Of a DNA stretch of 64,000 nt, positions 11,701 through 24,119 are shown in pieces. Source of the stretch: Hypanus sabinus (taxonomy: Eukaryota); the NCBI RefSeq assembly GCF_030144855.1, contig NW_026781503.1:124001-188000 (forward strand). The letters are read 5' to 3'. The translations under genes and the position numbers were made by a program. The number at the start of each line of letters is the position of its first letter. Positions within the stretch are counted from its first letter, which is position 1. A model generated the notes under the pieces. That model searched no databases and was not told the DNA's origin. It saw only the letters and a program-made list of their open reading frames with translations.

Positions 11701-14700
11701 GCTGAGACTTTATAAGACTGTAGTCAGACTTTCAGCGTGAATTAAAAACATTGACATGTCCGTTCCATCACTTACCTTTCAGATGCTTGGGCACTTCAGA
11801 TAAACCCCGCTCAGTGTCCATGTAGGCGACCTGGCCGTCACCTGTTCAAACAGATTAACCTGCATGAAGTCTGTTCTGTGTAATACTATAAATTCATCAG
11901 CATCTATATTGTAATACACAGTGTATTGTTCACCGTACCACGTTCCCGTATTTCATTCAATATTCTGCTCAGCTTCGGTAAATGATGATGTAATTTCACA
12001 AAGGATTCCCACATCACCTTCCGGGCCCCGGAGCCCTTCTCCATCACCAGATCCAGGGGGAGTTTGGAAGCGTCTGCTCGGTTCCCCTTCTCGGCGAGCT
12101 CAGTCACGCTCTGTAATGAACAATGGGAAATATATTGAGGAGCGGAGGGATGGTTTCAAATCTACCCTGATCATAGACTGACCCAGCATATTCTGCTCTC
12201 CACAGATCGCTAACAGACATTGAAGTGTTCAAAGCGGGGTAAAGATTTAAAAAGAAAAGCGAGGGGGTCGTTCGGGACATTCCGCGCCACGGATTGCGGG
12301 GTACTTATCCACTTGGCAAAGCTTAGGCGGAGCAGACGTAATGTGAGTGATTGAGAGATAGAGCGTGGAGTTGAGACTTTGTGTCAGAGAGGTTTCAGTG
12401 AGGAGAGGCAGAGGCTTTAGGTAGATTTTCTATAGTATTTTCGATTCCTTTTCACAGTTAGAACAGTGAGAATACCAGGCAGGATAGTGGAATGTTCTTC
12501 ATACAGGGTGTGGCAAGGCAGGGAAACCTCCAATGTCCCCGATAACTACACCTTCAGGAATTAACCATATAACCATATAGTTGCATCCACCTACAGCTTC
12601 TTACAGACTGTGTTCAGGAATTGGAGCTGGATGAACCCAGGTTATTTCAAAAAGCTGCGAGGTCGGCTGGCAGTCGATAAAGGGAGGGAGCTGTTACCAA
12701 GGCCAGGACACAGGAGGGGAAAAGAGGACAGGCAGCCACCAGGAAACCCCACTATAACAGGTATACGGCTTACAGTTGCGGGGTATGACTTAACAGAGGA
12801 ATGCCACGGCGATTATGTCTCTGGCACTGAGTTTCGTTTTGTGACACAGTAAGGGTGAGAAGAGTGAACTGCACTGACAGGGGAACTCAAGGGTTAGAAG
12901 AACAGACAGGAGATTCTATTAACGAGTACAAGATTTCTGTATGGTGTGTTGCGAAGGTCAGGGAGTCCTCGCTTTGACTCTGAAACTTTCTTAAGGGCAC
13001 GGTGAGCAGCCAGAGGTCGTAGGCCACGTTGGTACCACTGATGTACTAGTGAAGTGTGATGAGGTCCTGCAAAGTTAGCTCATGGAGTTAGATGCTAGGC
13101 TGACGGGCAGGAACTCCATGGCCGCGTTCTCAGGATTGCTACCCATAAAACGTGCGAATGAGGCCTGAAATAGGACGGTGTACAGTCTAACGTGTAGCTG
13201 ATGAAATGGTGCATGACGGAGTGCTTCAGATGCTTGGATGTATGGGCTCTCTTCCAAGGAAGTTGGGGCTTAGAGACACCTGATCGTTTTGCACCTGAAC
13301 TGGAGGAGAACTGATACCCTTGCGGGAAGGGTTGTTAGAGTTACATGGGGAGGGGGGAGGTGTTAAACTTGAGTTGCAGGGGGATGAAGAACCAACGTGG
13401 ATAGTGGAGTGGTTGAGTGGGAAAGATGTTGTTAAGCCGACATGCAAAGTCAGGAAACTAAAGGATAAGCATCGTGAAACTTCTTTTCTCCAAAATGCGT
13501 ATTATTTCAATGCAAGGAGTATTGTAGGAAAGTCAGATCAACCTAGCGCATGGATCAGCTCATTGAATTACAGCATTGTAACCTTTAGCGTGATTTCGTT
13601 GGAGGAGGTTCAGGAGTGGCAGCTCAGCATTCCAGGGTTCCTTTGGGTTAGACATGATTCGATAGAGCGAGAGGGATTACAGATGGAGGGCTGGCATAAC
13701 CAGTCAGAGAAAATATCCCTGCATTGCTCAGACAGGACAAACTGGATAGCCGGTCCAATGAGACTGCATTGGTGAAACTACGGACTAAGAAAGGTATGAC
13801 CACATAGTGGGATTATATTATAAAGCACCCAATAGTCAACGGGATTTACAAGAACAAATGTGCAGGGAGATCACAGAAACAAAAAAAACAGAACATACTG
13901 TGTTTTCATTTATTGACTGGCACTCCGTGTTAAAGCGCTGGATGGGATAGTGTAGGTCAAATGTGTCCAGGGAGTTTCTGTAATCAATATATTCATGTGA
14001 CAACTGGACAGAGCACATTCTGGAATTCCGATCAGGGTACAAGACAGGGCAAGCGACAGAGGTGTGTTCAGGGGAACGCTTTGGATCTGGTTATCATAAT
14101 GTCATTAGGTTAAAGATCATTGTGGAAAGGATTGGGTCTTGTCCTCAGGTTAAAATCCTAAATTGGAGAAAGGCAAATTTTAATGGTACCGGAAAAGATC
14201 TGACGAAAGCAGATTAGGACAGGTTGTTTAGTGGTACAGATGTGTTTGATAAGTGAGAGGCCTTCAAAACTGATATTTTGAGAGTACAGATTTTTAATCC
14301 ATAAATGACCACAAGTGAAGAGTTTGTACGTTCCGATGTTTTTTTTTTTGTTTTTTTTTGTGATATCACGGCCCTGAGCGCATCGCAAGTATAGGCTTGA
14401 AGAATCAAATGAGGTACTTGATGAGTACAAGAAATGCAAGAGCTACTAAAGGAGGAAATCAGGAGGGCCTGATTTATACCCAGGTATAAATTCAAAAATC
14501 AAATATGTTTTGAACAAAAATATACCAACGGACTAAATTTGTCCTCTTGAAGTTCAGAGTGGGCCTTTATGCATGAAGCTGGAAAAGGTGGGGGAGATTT
14601 TAAATAGATGTTTTTGCATTTACATTTACTTGAGAGACATTCAGAGTCTTTAGATAGAGGTGAAACAGCGGTGAGTTCGTGGACTCTGTACAGATTACAG

Positions 14701-17700
14701 AGGAGGGGGTGTTTGCTGACTAATGCAGAATAGTGTGGATAAATCCCCAGGGTTTTCCTTCGTACCTTGTCTGAGGCTAGTGCAGAGATTGCAGGAGTTC
14801 TAGTAAAGATATTTAAAATGCTAGGTGCAGCAGTATTGGAGGGTAACAATGTTGTTCCGCTGTTTGAAAAGGATGCAAGAATAAGCCAGGGAATTATAGG
14901 CTGGTGAGCCTAACACAAGTGGTGGTATATTTATTGGCAGGTATTCTAAGGAACTGAATATGAGTACTTGGATGGAGAAGGATTCACTAGGATTCAACAC
15001 TAATTTTCGCATGGTCAATCCTGTATAACCAATCTTATGGTTTCTCGAGGAAGTTAGCAAGCGAGTAATGAAGGCAAGTGATTGGATGTTGTCAACATGG
15101 ACTTTAGCAAGGCGATTGACAAGTCCCTCATGGGAACCTAGTCAATAAGATTAAGTCGCATGGCATTCATGACACGGTAGAAAGTTGGTTTAGATATTGT
15201 ATTCATGAGAGAAGCTAAGAGAGGTAGTAGAGGTTTGCTTCTCTGACTGGAGGTCTATGACAGGTCGTGTCCTTCAGGGATCGGTACTGGGTCTGGTGTT
15301 TTATGTCACATATCTAAACGGTCTGGATGACATGTGACAAAATGGGTCAGTAAATCTGTGAATGACATCAATGTAGTAACAGCGAGGAAGTTTAACAGAG
15401 CTTGCAGCTGGACTTGGAAAAGCTGGAAAAACATAGAATGGAGATCAACATATAGAATTTAATCAAGACAAGTGTGTGGTTTTGCACTATTTGAGGACAA
15501 ACCACGATAGCACTAAGGCATTGAGTGGTAGAGCATTGAGCAGTGCGGTAAAACCAAGATATCAGGGAATACAGATCAAAAATTGCTTAAAAGTGTCAGG
15601 CGTAGATGTCCTGGTAAAACGTTCAGGATATGGGCATTCATAAATCAAAATATTATATACAGAAGTTGAGATAGTCTGTCGGAATTGATGTTACAGGGGC
15701 TAATTGGGAGCAATGTGTGCACCAACCGCTCGGAATGATATCAATAAGATTGAACAAGTGCAGAAAAAGTTATATAAAGGTTTGTCAGGACTTGAGGGCC
15801 TGAGATATAGGGGAAGTGTGAATAGGTTAGGTCTGTCTTAGAGTGCAGGAGAACCAGGAGAGATGTGATAGAGGAATAAAAGTGCATAAATGGTATAATG
15901 ACTGTAGATGCGAACAGGCATGTATTAGTGATGTTGGGTGAGACCGGAATTGGAGGTCTTGGATTAAGGGTGAAAGATGAAAGAAAATTTGAGGGAGAAA
16001 ATCTTCACTCAGAGGCTGGTGAGAGTATGGAACCAGCTGTCACCGGAACTTCAACGTGCATTCAATTTGAACATTTAAAATTATTTGGCTAAGTACATGA
16101 ATGAGACGGGTATGAATGTCTCTAGTCGGTGTGCAGATCAATGTGACCAGGCGTATAATGTGGAGCTGATGGGCCGAAGAGCCTGTTGCTGTACTGTAGA
16201 GTTCAATGACTATGGCTAAGTCAAGCTATGACAGGGTCACTGTTGATATTCCCTGTGGTAATCCCCGGCGAACCGCAGCAGAGAACTGGCAGTGAGGAGC
16301 AGACAGCAATTGCAATCCTTTTCTGCGTGTCAGAGAGACCAAAGTCAAATGGTGGTAATGCAGAGAAGGAAGTTTGGATTAAAATTGTCAGCTGTCTCGT
16401 GTGGAATGTTAGTTCTAGGGATCATGTTTGGCTCTTCACTAAAATTCAATCTGGTGAGCAATAGGTGAATGTGTCCCAGTAACACGAGGACCATTTGAAA
16501 GGAGTTTCTTGGTAATTCCGAGTTAACTGCAGATGCTTGGACTACTTTCAATTGTAAGATTTTGCAGTTCCCAGTGTTAACAGTATATGCTGTGATAATT
16601 ACAAACTCCAAATGGAACAGTCACAAGGAACAGAATGTAACTGAACCGTGAGGCATGTTGGGAGATTTGATCAAATGAATTAGGGTTAGTAGTTGAAAAG
16701 TGAGACGATATTCAGTACTGCCTGTGCAATTGACGATGCGGTTGAAGGTAGACTGGAGAAATGAGCTGAGAAATAGTCACTATATATTTGATTAGTGGGA
16801 AAACCCGGGGGTAATTAAAATAGTCGGGTGAATGGCCATTAAGTTCGAGTGTTGGGAACATGATGTAATGTCAGACTGAGTGGTGTAAAGTGGTTCTCTG
16901 TCCACTTGCAATGTCCGGCAACTGAACGTCACTAAATTCACCTCTCAATCATTGTCTGTACCCTAACCTGTCTAAAAGTGAATGTGTTGAGAAAAATGGA
17001 CAGAGGCCTATATTGGTTAATAAAGTTTCAGAGTTTCTGCAAACGAAAACTCTTTTCTTCATTTTGACCACAAGCATTACAGGATTTTCACAGCCCAGAG
17101 GCGCCGTTACACCGGTTCTGTCGGTCTGTGATAGATTCTGTAGAAGCTACACTCAGCCTATGTTCCAACCACTTACATGATACTCTAGCCCGGTGAGGTG
17201 ATCCTCGCCCATTAACATGAAGCTGACTCCCTCCACACCCTCCTCAATTGCCTGCTCCAATCGCTCCATGTAGAATCGCGTCAACCGTAGCAGGTGGTGA
17301 TCCTCACAATTTGACAGGAAGGCGGAGATTGCGGAGTTCAGATCTGTAGTCATTCATAGAAGATAAAATTGTAGATGTACTATGCGGATGCAGACACGAT
17401 GCCAATTTAAACCAATCCCATCTTCAGGAACATGATCAATATCCCTCCGTTCCCGGCCTACTCATGAGTTCAAAAGCCTCTCAGATGCTGCTGAGTATCT
17501 GTTTCCAGTCCCTCCCTCGGCAGCTCATTCCAGACATCGATCACTCTCTGTGGAAAATATGCATCCTAAATCCCCTTTAAACTTTACCCTCTAATCTTAA
17601 ACCTATTCCCTCTGGGATTTGTGGTGAAACTCATCTGCACCCTCTCCAGACTCTTCACAACATTCTCGTGATGTGGTTACCAGATTTTTGCACAGCATCG

Positions 17701-18971
17701 AAATCGTCTCTTAACTAACGTTCATCAAGTTACAGCCCAACTTTAACAAACACCTCAGCTCATCGTTAGAACCCTACCAATTGTGTTTCCACTTTCAGAT
17801 AGCTATGCATATCCATCACAAGGCTCGATCATACATCAATCTTACTAATGGTCCCAGCACTCACTGTGAACATCGCTCGCGACCTTGACCTCTCACAAGT
17901 GCAACCTCTCACATTTGCCTGAATTAACTGTACTTGTTGACTCTGTTCATATTTATGATTGGATGCTGAACACTCTGACAACAGTCCCAAATTTACGCAA
18001 CTCCGCCAAGTCTGTAAGTCAACGAATCAGTCCACCCAGTATATCATTTTCAGCAACACATAGTGTATTATTAATTTATTTACATCACACACGACACATG
18101 GTGAAGCAGTGATCCTTGTGGACACTTCTAGTCACAGACCTTCAGCCAGAACACCGCTCCTCCAATCCAGACTCCATTTTATGTGCCCAAGACAACTTTG
18201 AAATCAATTTACAAATTCTGTAAGACTCCTCAACCCGAAATGTCGGTAGTTAATTTCTCTCTACAGATGCTCCCTGACCTGCTGAGTAACTGCAGCATTT
18301 TGTGCGGTGCCCGCTCCACTTATCATTTTGTTTTACTTTAATCCTATTCGCCAAGGACATTTCATTGTTTCGGCAGCCCACCCCACCAACCACCAGATAC
18401 CCTGTGTAAAATTTCTCTTGTTTACTGTCTTCTGCACACAGCCCGTTCTCCCACAATATAATGATCTTTAAATTGGCCACAGAAAACAAGACACTGGGAA
18501 AATCCTCTCACCTCCATTGTTCAACAACCCAAAAATCGGGAGAGAATTCACCATTGCCGTTCCCAAAGTGAAAACAACATCTGTTCCTCTCACTGGCTGT
18601 CAGAGGCATTTCCCACATCAGAGCGCACCAAATGCTGACATAAATTCTATTTGTCCCCTCGACTGTTACATTGCCCGCTGTTGTATTCCTGTCTGAGTGT
18701 TACCCACTCCCACCTTATTCAGGAGCTCCTTCTCCTTTCTCTCAGGTGAAGATTTGTGTGGTGAGGGGAGCGATTCGACTCGTTAGGTCCCTGTGCTGGA
18801 GCTGGTGAATTGTTCAATGCTCATGGACGCTTTACCATTTGGAATAATGCTTTCTCTCTGCTCCTTTATCGCCCAAGTTTATCCCTCTGAACTATTGATG
18901 ATTTGACTACACATGTACCATAAGGACCGAATTTTAATGAGAAAGAGCCCAGTGAACATACCTGTGTCCAT
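5685..18971 (-). CDS. NLR-family receptor (NLRC3/NLRP-like; CARD-like + FISNA-like + NACHT + LRR), 9 coding exons, one apparent frameshift
   Basis: Exons (-): 18962-18971, 17177-17343, 11939-12110, 11776-11841, 7651-9407, 6593-6679, 6260-6430, 5937-6104, 5685-5772. All have GT-AG boundaries with matching phases (1,0,1,1,2,2,2,2). Total 2686 nt, i.e. 894 aa + stop if one base is removed. Confidence 0.92.
5937..6104 (-). CDS. NLR LRR exon (168 bp)
   Basis: ctctcttctccag|G...GA|gtgagt; LSRVGLTDSGAEDLISALSTKPSLRELSLGWNSLTDRWVPALRRFILTLPSLQRI. Confidence 0.93.
6260..6430 (-). CDS. NLR LRR exon (171 bp, RI-type)
   Basis: tcatctccag|G...AG|gttagt; LGGVSLTDSGADDLATALSTNPSLTELNLSDNKLGDSGVKLVSAALRNPECKIQKL; 171-nt phase-2 exons are characteristic of NLRP/ribonuclease-inhibitor LRRs. 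Confidence 0.95.
6593..6679 (-). CDS. NLR first LRR exon (87 bp)
   Basis: tttttgtttag|C...AG|gtaagt; LGWNKLGDSEVKLVSAALRNTECKIQKL. Confidence 0.92.
7651..9407 (-). CDS. NLR large exon: FISNA-like + NACHT (NBD, HD1, WHD, HD2); split by a +1 frameshift at 8601-8607
   Basis: Walker A GVPGIGKT (9061-9084), Walker B LLFIFDGLDE, sensor-1 VLVTTRP, NPSYCWI, WHD FPHLTIQEFVAA; acceptor ccgtcctaag|AT, donor AG|gtaact; corresponds to ORFs 8581-9354 and 7647-8648. Confidence 0.96.
9760..11730 (+). mobile_element. Decayed CR1 LINE (ORF1 esterase, APE and RT fragments) in NLR intron
   Basis: GITESWL...KGRQDDIGGSVAL..VESLWVEIRN (APE); VTSGVLQESLLRPLLF..VAKFANDRKI (degenerate PQGSVLGP/FADD). Confidence 0.9.
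11776..11841 (-). CDS. NLR linker exon (66 bp)
   Basis: tttgaacag|GT...G|gtaagt; GDGQVAYMDTERGLSEVPKHLK; phase 1-1. Confidence 0.85.
11939..12110 (-). CDS. NLR N-terminal domain exon, second half (CARD-like)
   Basis: ttcattacag|AGC...G|gtacgg; SVTELAEKGNRADASKLPLDLVMEKGSGARKVMWESFVKLHHHLPKLSRILNEIRER; resembles the CARD L-LDLV..KG..A...F helix pattern. Confidence 0.88.
12230..16220 (+). mobile_element. Near full-span but decayed and internally deleted CR1 LINE in NLR intron
   Basis: ORF1 Zn-knuckle-like start at ~12470, YFNARSIVGK (APE) at ~13500, RT remnants ~14800-15500, 3' tail gggccgaagagcctgttgctgtactgta at ~16170. Confidence 0.9.
17177..17343 (-). CDS. NLR N-terminal domain exon, first half
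   Basis: atgactacag|AT...CAT|gtaagt; DLNSAISAFLSNCEDHHLLRLTRFYMERLEQAIEEGVEGVSFMLMGEDHLTGLEYH; phase 1-0 fits the next exon. Confidence 0.88.
17355..18230 (-). mobile_element. Old CR1 fragment
   Basis: Antisense CR1 3' sequence (cagctcattccagacatcgatcactctctgtg; gatccttgtggacacttctagtcac). Confidence 0.65.
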
Positions 18972-19053
18972 TCTGACTCTGACTGACGTTGGTTGATTGT
19001 CTTCTTCTTGTCTTCCGTCCGAGTGGAAGAAAGCCCCACCTGCTGGCAATGAC
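18962..19053 (-). CDS. Probable first coding exon of the NLR (ATG at 18971; remainder probably 5' UTR)
   Basis: Acceptor tgtgtaattcag|, donor ACAG|gtatgt; agaATGG (good Kozak) gives M-D-T + phase-1 join to DLNSAIS. Confidence 0.7.
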
Positions 19054-19144
19054 CTGAATTACACAAATAAAGGAGTGAGTCAGTTCCTCTGTCCCTCATA
19101 ATTTAAAACAAGTTCGTAACGTCACTGCTCACCCTCCTACATTA

Positions 19145-20990
19145 CAGGGAGCAAATGGAGATTGGAACAAAGACCTCCAACTGAACACAAAGTTCAAGAA
19201 GATAGCAAAGAAGAATAAGGAAACTTACTTAAAGGAGCGATGCACTGAAGCTGAAGAAGCCAGCAGAATTGGAAATAAAACAAAACAAGAGATCTGTTAC
19301 ACAAGATTAGAGAAATCAAAGGAACATTTCATGTAAAATGAGCATAGGAAAAGACAAAGAAGGGAAGGACCTCACAGAAGCAAAGGACATCAAAAGGAGT
19401 TGGCAGAAACACACAGAAGAATTGTAGAAAGACCCAACAGCGATGACACCTGCAATGGCCCCCTCATCGATGTAGAGCCAGACATTCTGGAAAGTGAAGT
19501 CCACTGGGCGATAGAAAACATTGCCAATAATTAGGCTGCAGGATGTGCCAGGAGTCCAGTTGAATTGTTTAAAATTCTAAAAGATGGTGCTGTAAACGTG
19601 TTGCATGCAATTTTCCATCAGCTCTGGGAATCCAAAAAATAACAATGACCTGTAGGCTGGATTAAGATCCATTTTTATTTCAATACCCAAGAAGTGAAAT
19701 GTAAAGGATTGTTCAAATTACCAAAACTTACTGACAATTTTCACATCCGAGAAAGGTAATGCTAAAGATCACGCAGGCACGACTCCAACAATATATGGAA
19801 CACGAACAGCCAGATGTACAAGCTGCTTTTAGAAGAGGCAGAGGCACCAGAGTCCATATTGCTAACCTAGGCTGGATAATGGAGAAATCGCAAGAATTCC
19901 AGAAAAGTACTTATCAATGTTTTATTGACTACTCTAAAGCCTTCAGCCGTGTGGACCATAATAAACTATGGCAAATCCTTAAAGAAATGGGAATACCGGG
20001 ACATCTGTTCTGCCTTATGAGAAACTTGTACAATGATCAAGAAGCAACAGTTAGAACTGAGCAGGGAACAACAAACGGGTTCAAGTTTGAGAAAGCAGTA
20101 TGACCAGGTTGCACACAGTCACCCTGCTTATTTAATCTATATGCTGAACACATCATGATGAATGCCGGTCTAGAGGACACGAGATGTTGGAATCAAATTT
20201 ACCAGACAAAACTTTAACAATTTCAGATAGGCAGGTGATAATATTCTAATGGCTGAAAGTGAGGAGGATCTGAGGAAGCTTCTAATGAACGTGAAAGAAG
20301 AAAGTGGAAAGCTGGCTTCGTGCTCAATATTAACAAAACCAACCAGTCCTGTTAACTCCGTGGTGATAAATGGAAAGCAAGTGGAAGCAGTGACGAATTT
20401 TGTCTTCCTCAATACAAAAAATTCTATAGATGGTACATGCAGCCACAGAAGTAAACGGCATTTATTTCTGGGGAGGACAGAAATGGGGATTTAGAGAAAC
20501 TACTGAACAGCACAGACATAACATTGTCTACGAAGGACCGTAGAGACGTCTATGGTATTTCCAGTTGAGATGTATGTCTGTGAGAGCTGGATTATTAGTC
20601 AGGCTGAATACAAAAAAATCGACACCTTTGACTTTGGATGCTGGAGGAAAGTGTTAAGAGTTCGTTGGACAGCAAGAAGATCCGAAAAATCAATACTTGG
20701 AGAAATACAGCCAGACTGCTCACTAGGAAGCTTGAAAAGCTGAAATATTTTGGCCACATCATGAGAAGACAGGATTCCTTGGAGAACACTCTGTTCGGTA
20801 AAACAGAAGGTAAAGGAGAAATTGACAGACTATGACGAATAGATAATATTATTCAGGAAATGCCTATGCCCTTGGGGTATCTTAGAGAGGCAGTTTCCAA
20901 CAAGGAGGCTTAGTGTGCAGTAACGCTGTTGTATTTGGCTGTGTTCATGGGTTTTCATGTATGTTTTGAACGACAATTAAACGAACATAA
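19145..20990 (+). mobile_element. 5'-truncated, decayed RTE-BovB-like LINE
   Basis: MLKITQARLQQYMEHEQPDVQAAFRRGRGTRVHIANLGWIMEKSQEFQK..CFIDYSKAF..VDHNKLWQILKEMGIPGHL..LMRNLY..QEATVRT; LMAESEEDL; VFPV.MY.CESW; LKYFGHIMRR.DSLE, all BovB-type RT motifs. Confidence 0.92.
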
Positions 20991-21484
20991 GTTGGACAAT
21001 AATTGCATCATAAATAAAATACTGAATCAATATAAATGTTGTCAGCCAATAACATACTTGTAAATGTTGCATTTTGTCCCTAATGTAGACAAGGAGCAAC
21101 CATACTCCAAGCATCTGTCCCCACAACACCCACTGGGACAGACTGTTGGCCTAAGGTGCATCTGCTTACTCCGTTGTTTAAACCCAGACTCCTCAAACAA
21201 AATGAAGCCACCGGGTCCCTCCAGATAGTAAGATTGTGACTTGCTGTCAAAATCACTCCGACTCCGTACTTGCAGGCAACACTTTATCGGTGTCCACTAA
21301 AAATATGCTGAAGTCTTCTCCATCCTTTCTCATTCAGAGGAGATAAAACCCCTGAACTCCCACTTCAATCTGTCGCCCTTTAAGCTCCGCCAACTCCTTG
21401 TTAAGGAAACCCCTTAATGACGAAGCCCATATCCCCATTGCTGTTATGCTAAATTGGTATTTGGTGTCACCAAGGAGAGCCAAG

Positions 21485-21680
21485 TAAATGTTACGTCACT
21501 TCACGAGAGATACCGGGCACGCGCAGCATGCTGAAATCGTCTCAACGTCAGCCCGAGACTGACGAAGCTCCGCGAGAGGGCGCGCTTGGGTGGTGAGCTG
21601 GTGCGCGTGGTAGATGGGGAGACTGTGGACCACAACCCAAATGCATAAGTGGACCACTCGGCCTACCGAACCTGCTGCTG
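21485..21680. promoter_or_regulatory. Small CpG-rich patch, possible promoter
   Basis: Dense CpG (gcacgcgc, ccgcgagagggcgcgc, gtgcgcgt) and a CRE-like TTACGTCA in CpG-poor surroundings. Confidence 0.35.
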
Positions 21681-22949
21681 ATCTGATTTAAACTTTTTTT
21701 ACGCATTCTCCCAAGTTCATTCCGATCGCACTTCAACCCCATTCTTTATAAACAAACAGAGCTTTGAATGGAATAAAAGGGTATAATTTCACTGGTCAGT
21801 GAGTAGAAAGAGTTCCTAACTCCCGCCATGAACACCGGCAAAAAATAGGAGGGTGAGAGGGTGAGTGGGAGTGGGGTGGGAAGAGGAGGGTAACCTGTTG
21901 CTTCTTTTCACTACATGATGCTCTGTCCACAGGCAATCCTTCCAAAGTCTCTCTGAACATCGCATCTATCTTAATATCAACTGCTTCATAACCAGACCCA
22001 ACACGCTGCTTCCCATCCGAAAAGAACTGAGTTTAAACCGACTCCGTCAGCGACAGCAGTCCTGGCTTCAAGGACATTCGTTCATCTCAAGAACAGGTAT
22101 AACCCGTGCCTTTGGTACAGGGTCAAATGGGAACATTGCAAAACCTACTTCTTGTTAATCGCAGATTCATAAGTTCTGACAATTTCTTGGTAGAAAAATG
22201 CTTGTTGACTCCAGGCTATGTAAATGTAAATTATTGGTTGGCATTTGCTAGTTAGAACTGAAAGAAATGTGGTGCTGGGACATTTGGCTCCAAGAAGGTT
22301 TGCTCTTAGCAGAGGCTTGCATGACAACGAGGGCAAGTATATCATTGCAGCTTGTAATAGACAGAGCAGTCAATGTCATGTTGCTGTAGTTCATGGTAAT
22401 TCCGCATTTCTGCAATCACTATATCAGGTAGCAGTTGCGGCGTCTTATATTGGGAGGGAATTCTCAACGCTTTTTGAAATTATTATGACGTAATACAGAC
22501 AAACAAGGAAACATGAGAAGTGAGAAGTTTGAAATGAGCAAACAGCATGAGGGAATATGCATGGCTTCAGAGAGATGGGATGCTGACAGCACAGTAGTAC
22601 ATCTGGAATGGCGCTTCTAGGTTTTTTCAGCCTCCCTCCAGCTATTTCCTATTTTCTTTGGTACAGAAATGTAATGTCTAAAGGACCAGTGTTTGAGTAA
22701 ATGATGAGCCAGTGTTAACCGAGTCAGAAGGGTTCCCTCGAGTTGGTGCTTTCAGTCCTCCGGTTGGTTCCTTGTTACTGTTCCCTCGTCTTCAGTTGTG
22801 GTTTGCTTTCGGTCACGGGCTTTTCTTCCAATAAACCTCTCACCGCAGGTCCAACTTTAACCAGACAGATAATGATGTATGTAACTATTACAAACGAGAT
22901 CAAAGCATTAACCTGAAATTTAAATCTTGAACGCATATATCAGGATCCG

Positions 22950-23110
22950 AGTGAAGAAATCTGGAATTGGAGGAACTCATCAGGCCAGGCAGCATCTGTA
23001 CGTCGACTCTACTCTCTGCTATTGATGTTTTATGGCCTGCTGAGTTCCTCCAGCTTTTTGTGTGTGTTGCTTGGAATTCCAGCATCTAAATGTTTTCTCT
23101 TGTTTGTTAT
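22950..23110. mobile_element. Short Penelope-derived inverted terminal fragment
   Basis: tggaggaactcatcaggcca ... tggcctgctgagttcctcca inverted arms; same family as termini at 31760-31870. Confidence 0.65.
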
Positions 23111-23118
23111 GGGCTACA

Positions 23119-23541
23119 AAGAAGTCATTGTTCAGTCACGGTATAAAGTTTGTCATAATATATAGGAGTAGAATTGGGTGATTCGGTCATTCTAGTCTAT
23201 TCCATAATCAATATTGGAGGATTTTCTCTCACCACCGTATTCTTGCTTTCCTGATATAATACGCAACCTATTTAGCAATCCAGAACATGAATATATCCAA
23301 TGATTGCCTCCAACACTGCATCTGGAGATTTTCACTTGATTGAGATGGGATAAAAAAAAAAGTCATTGTTCAGTCATGGTATCAGATACAAGTCATAATA
23401 TATAGGAGTAGAAATAGGTGATCCATAGTCAATCATGGAGCATGTTTTTTTTCCAGCACTGTATTCCTGCTTCCCTGCTATAATACTCAATCTATTTAGC
23501 AATCCAGAAGATGATATATACCCAACGATAGCCTCCACCAC
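23119..23541. repeat. Two-unit tandem duplication, period ~240 bp
   Basis: aagtcattgttcagtca...gtcataatatataggagtagaa...tatttagcaatccagaa occurs at ~23122 and ~23360. Confidence 0.85.
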
Positions 23542-24119
23542 GCTTTGTAGTAACAAATTCCACTGATTAACCAATCTTTGGCTCTCATCTCAGTTTCAAA
23601 GTGAAGCTTCTTTATTCTGAGGCAATACACTCAGATCCGAGACCGTCTAATCAAGACACCTTCTCTATTCCCACTGCATCCAGACTTCTTGTCATTCAGT
23701 CGGTGTAAATCATCAAGCCCGTCCTAACTTCTCCTACTCCTCCAACCAACCCCCTGAACTCCACTGAACACAGGCCCAGGGCCATCAAATGCTCCTCATG
23801 CAAAATGCTTATCATTCCTCGGATTATTCTTTGAACCTTGTTAGCAAAAACTGTACTGAATACATTTCCGGGGAAAGAAAAAACAGGACATTTGGTATCA
23901 GGATAATGGGAAAAACTGTGGTTTCTTTACTCTTCCATCAATTCTTACTAAACGAGCGCAGGGGCACTGATCCATTCGCAGGAGATTTAAAGTGTTCCAG
24001 GGTGAATGTAGTAAAGAGAAACTGGAATTACTAGAAACGCTTTGCAGGTAAGGAACAGCCGTGGGGAGAGGAAAAATGTTAACAATTCGGTTTCCTGACC
24101 TTTCGTCAGAATGAATTCA

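Noticed and set aside
18512-18887. Possible extra NLR exon bounded by AG and GTGAGA
   Set aside because: Early stops in all three phases
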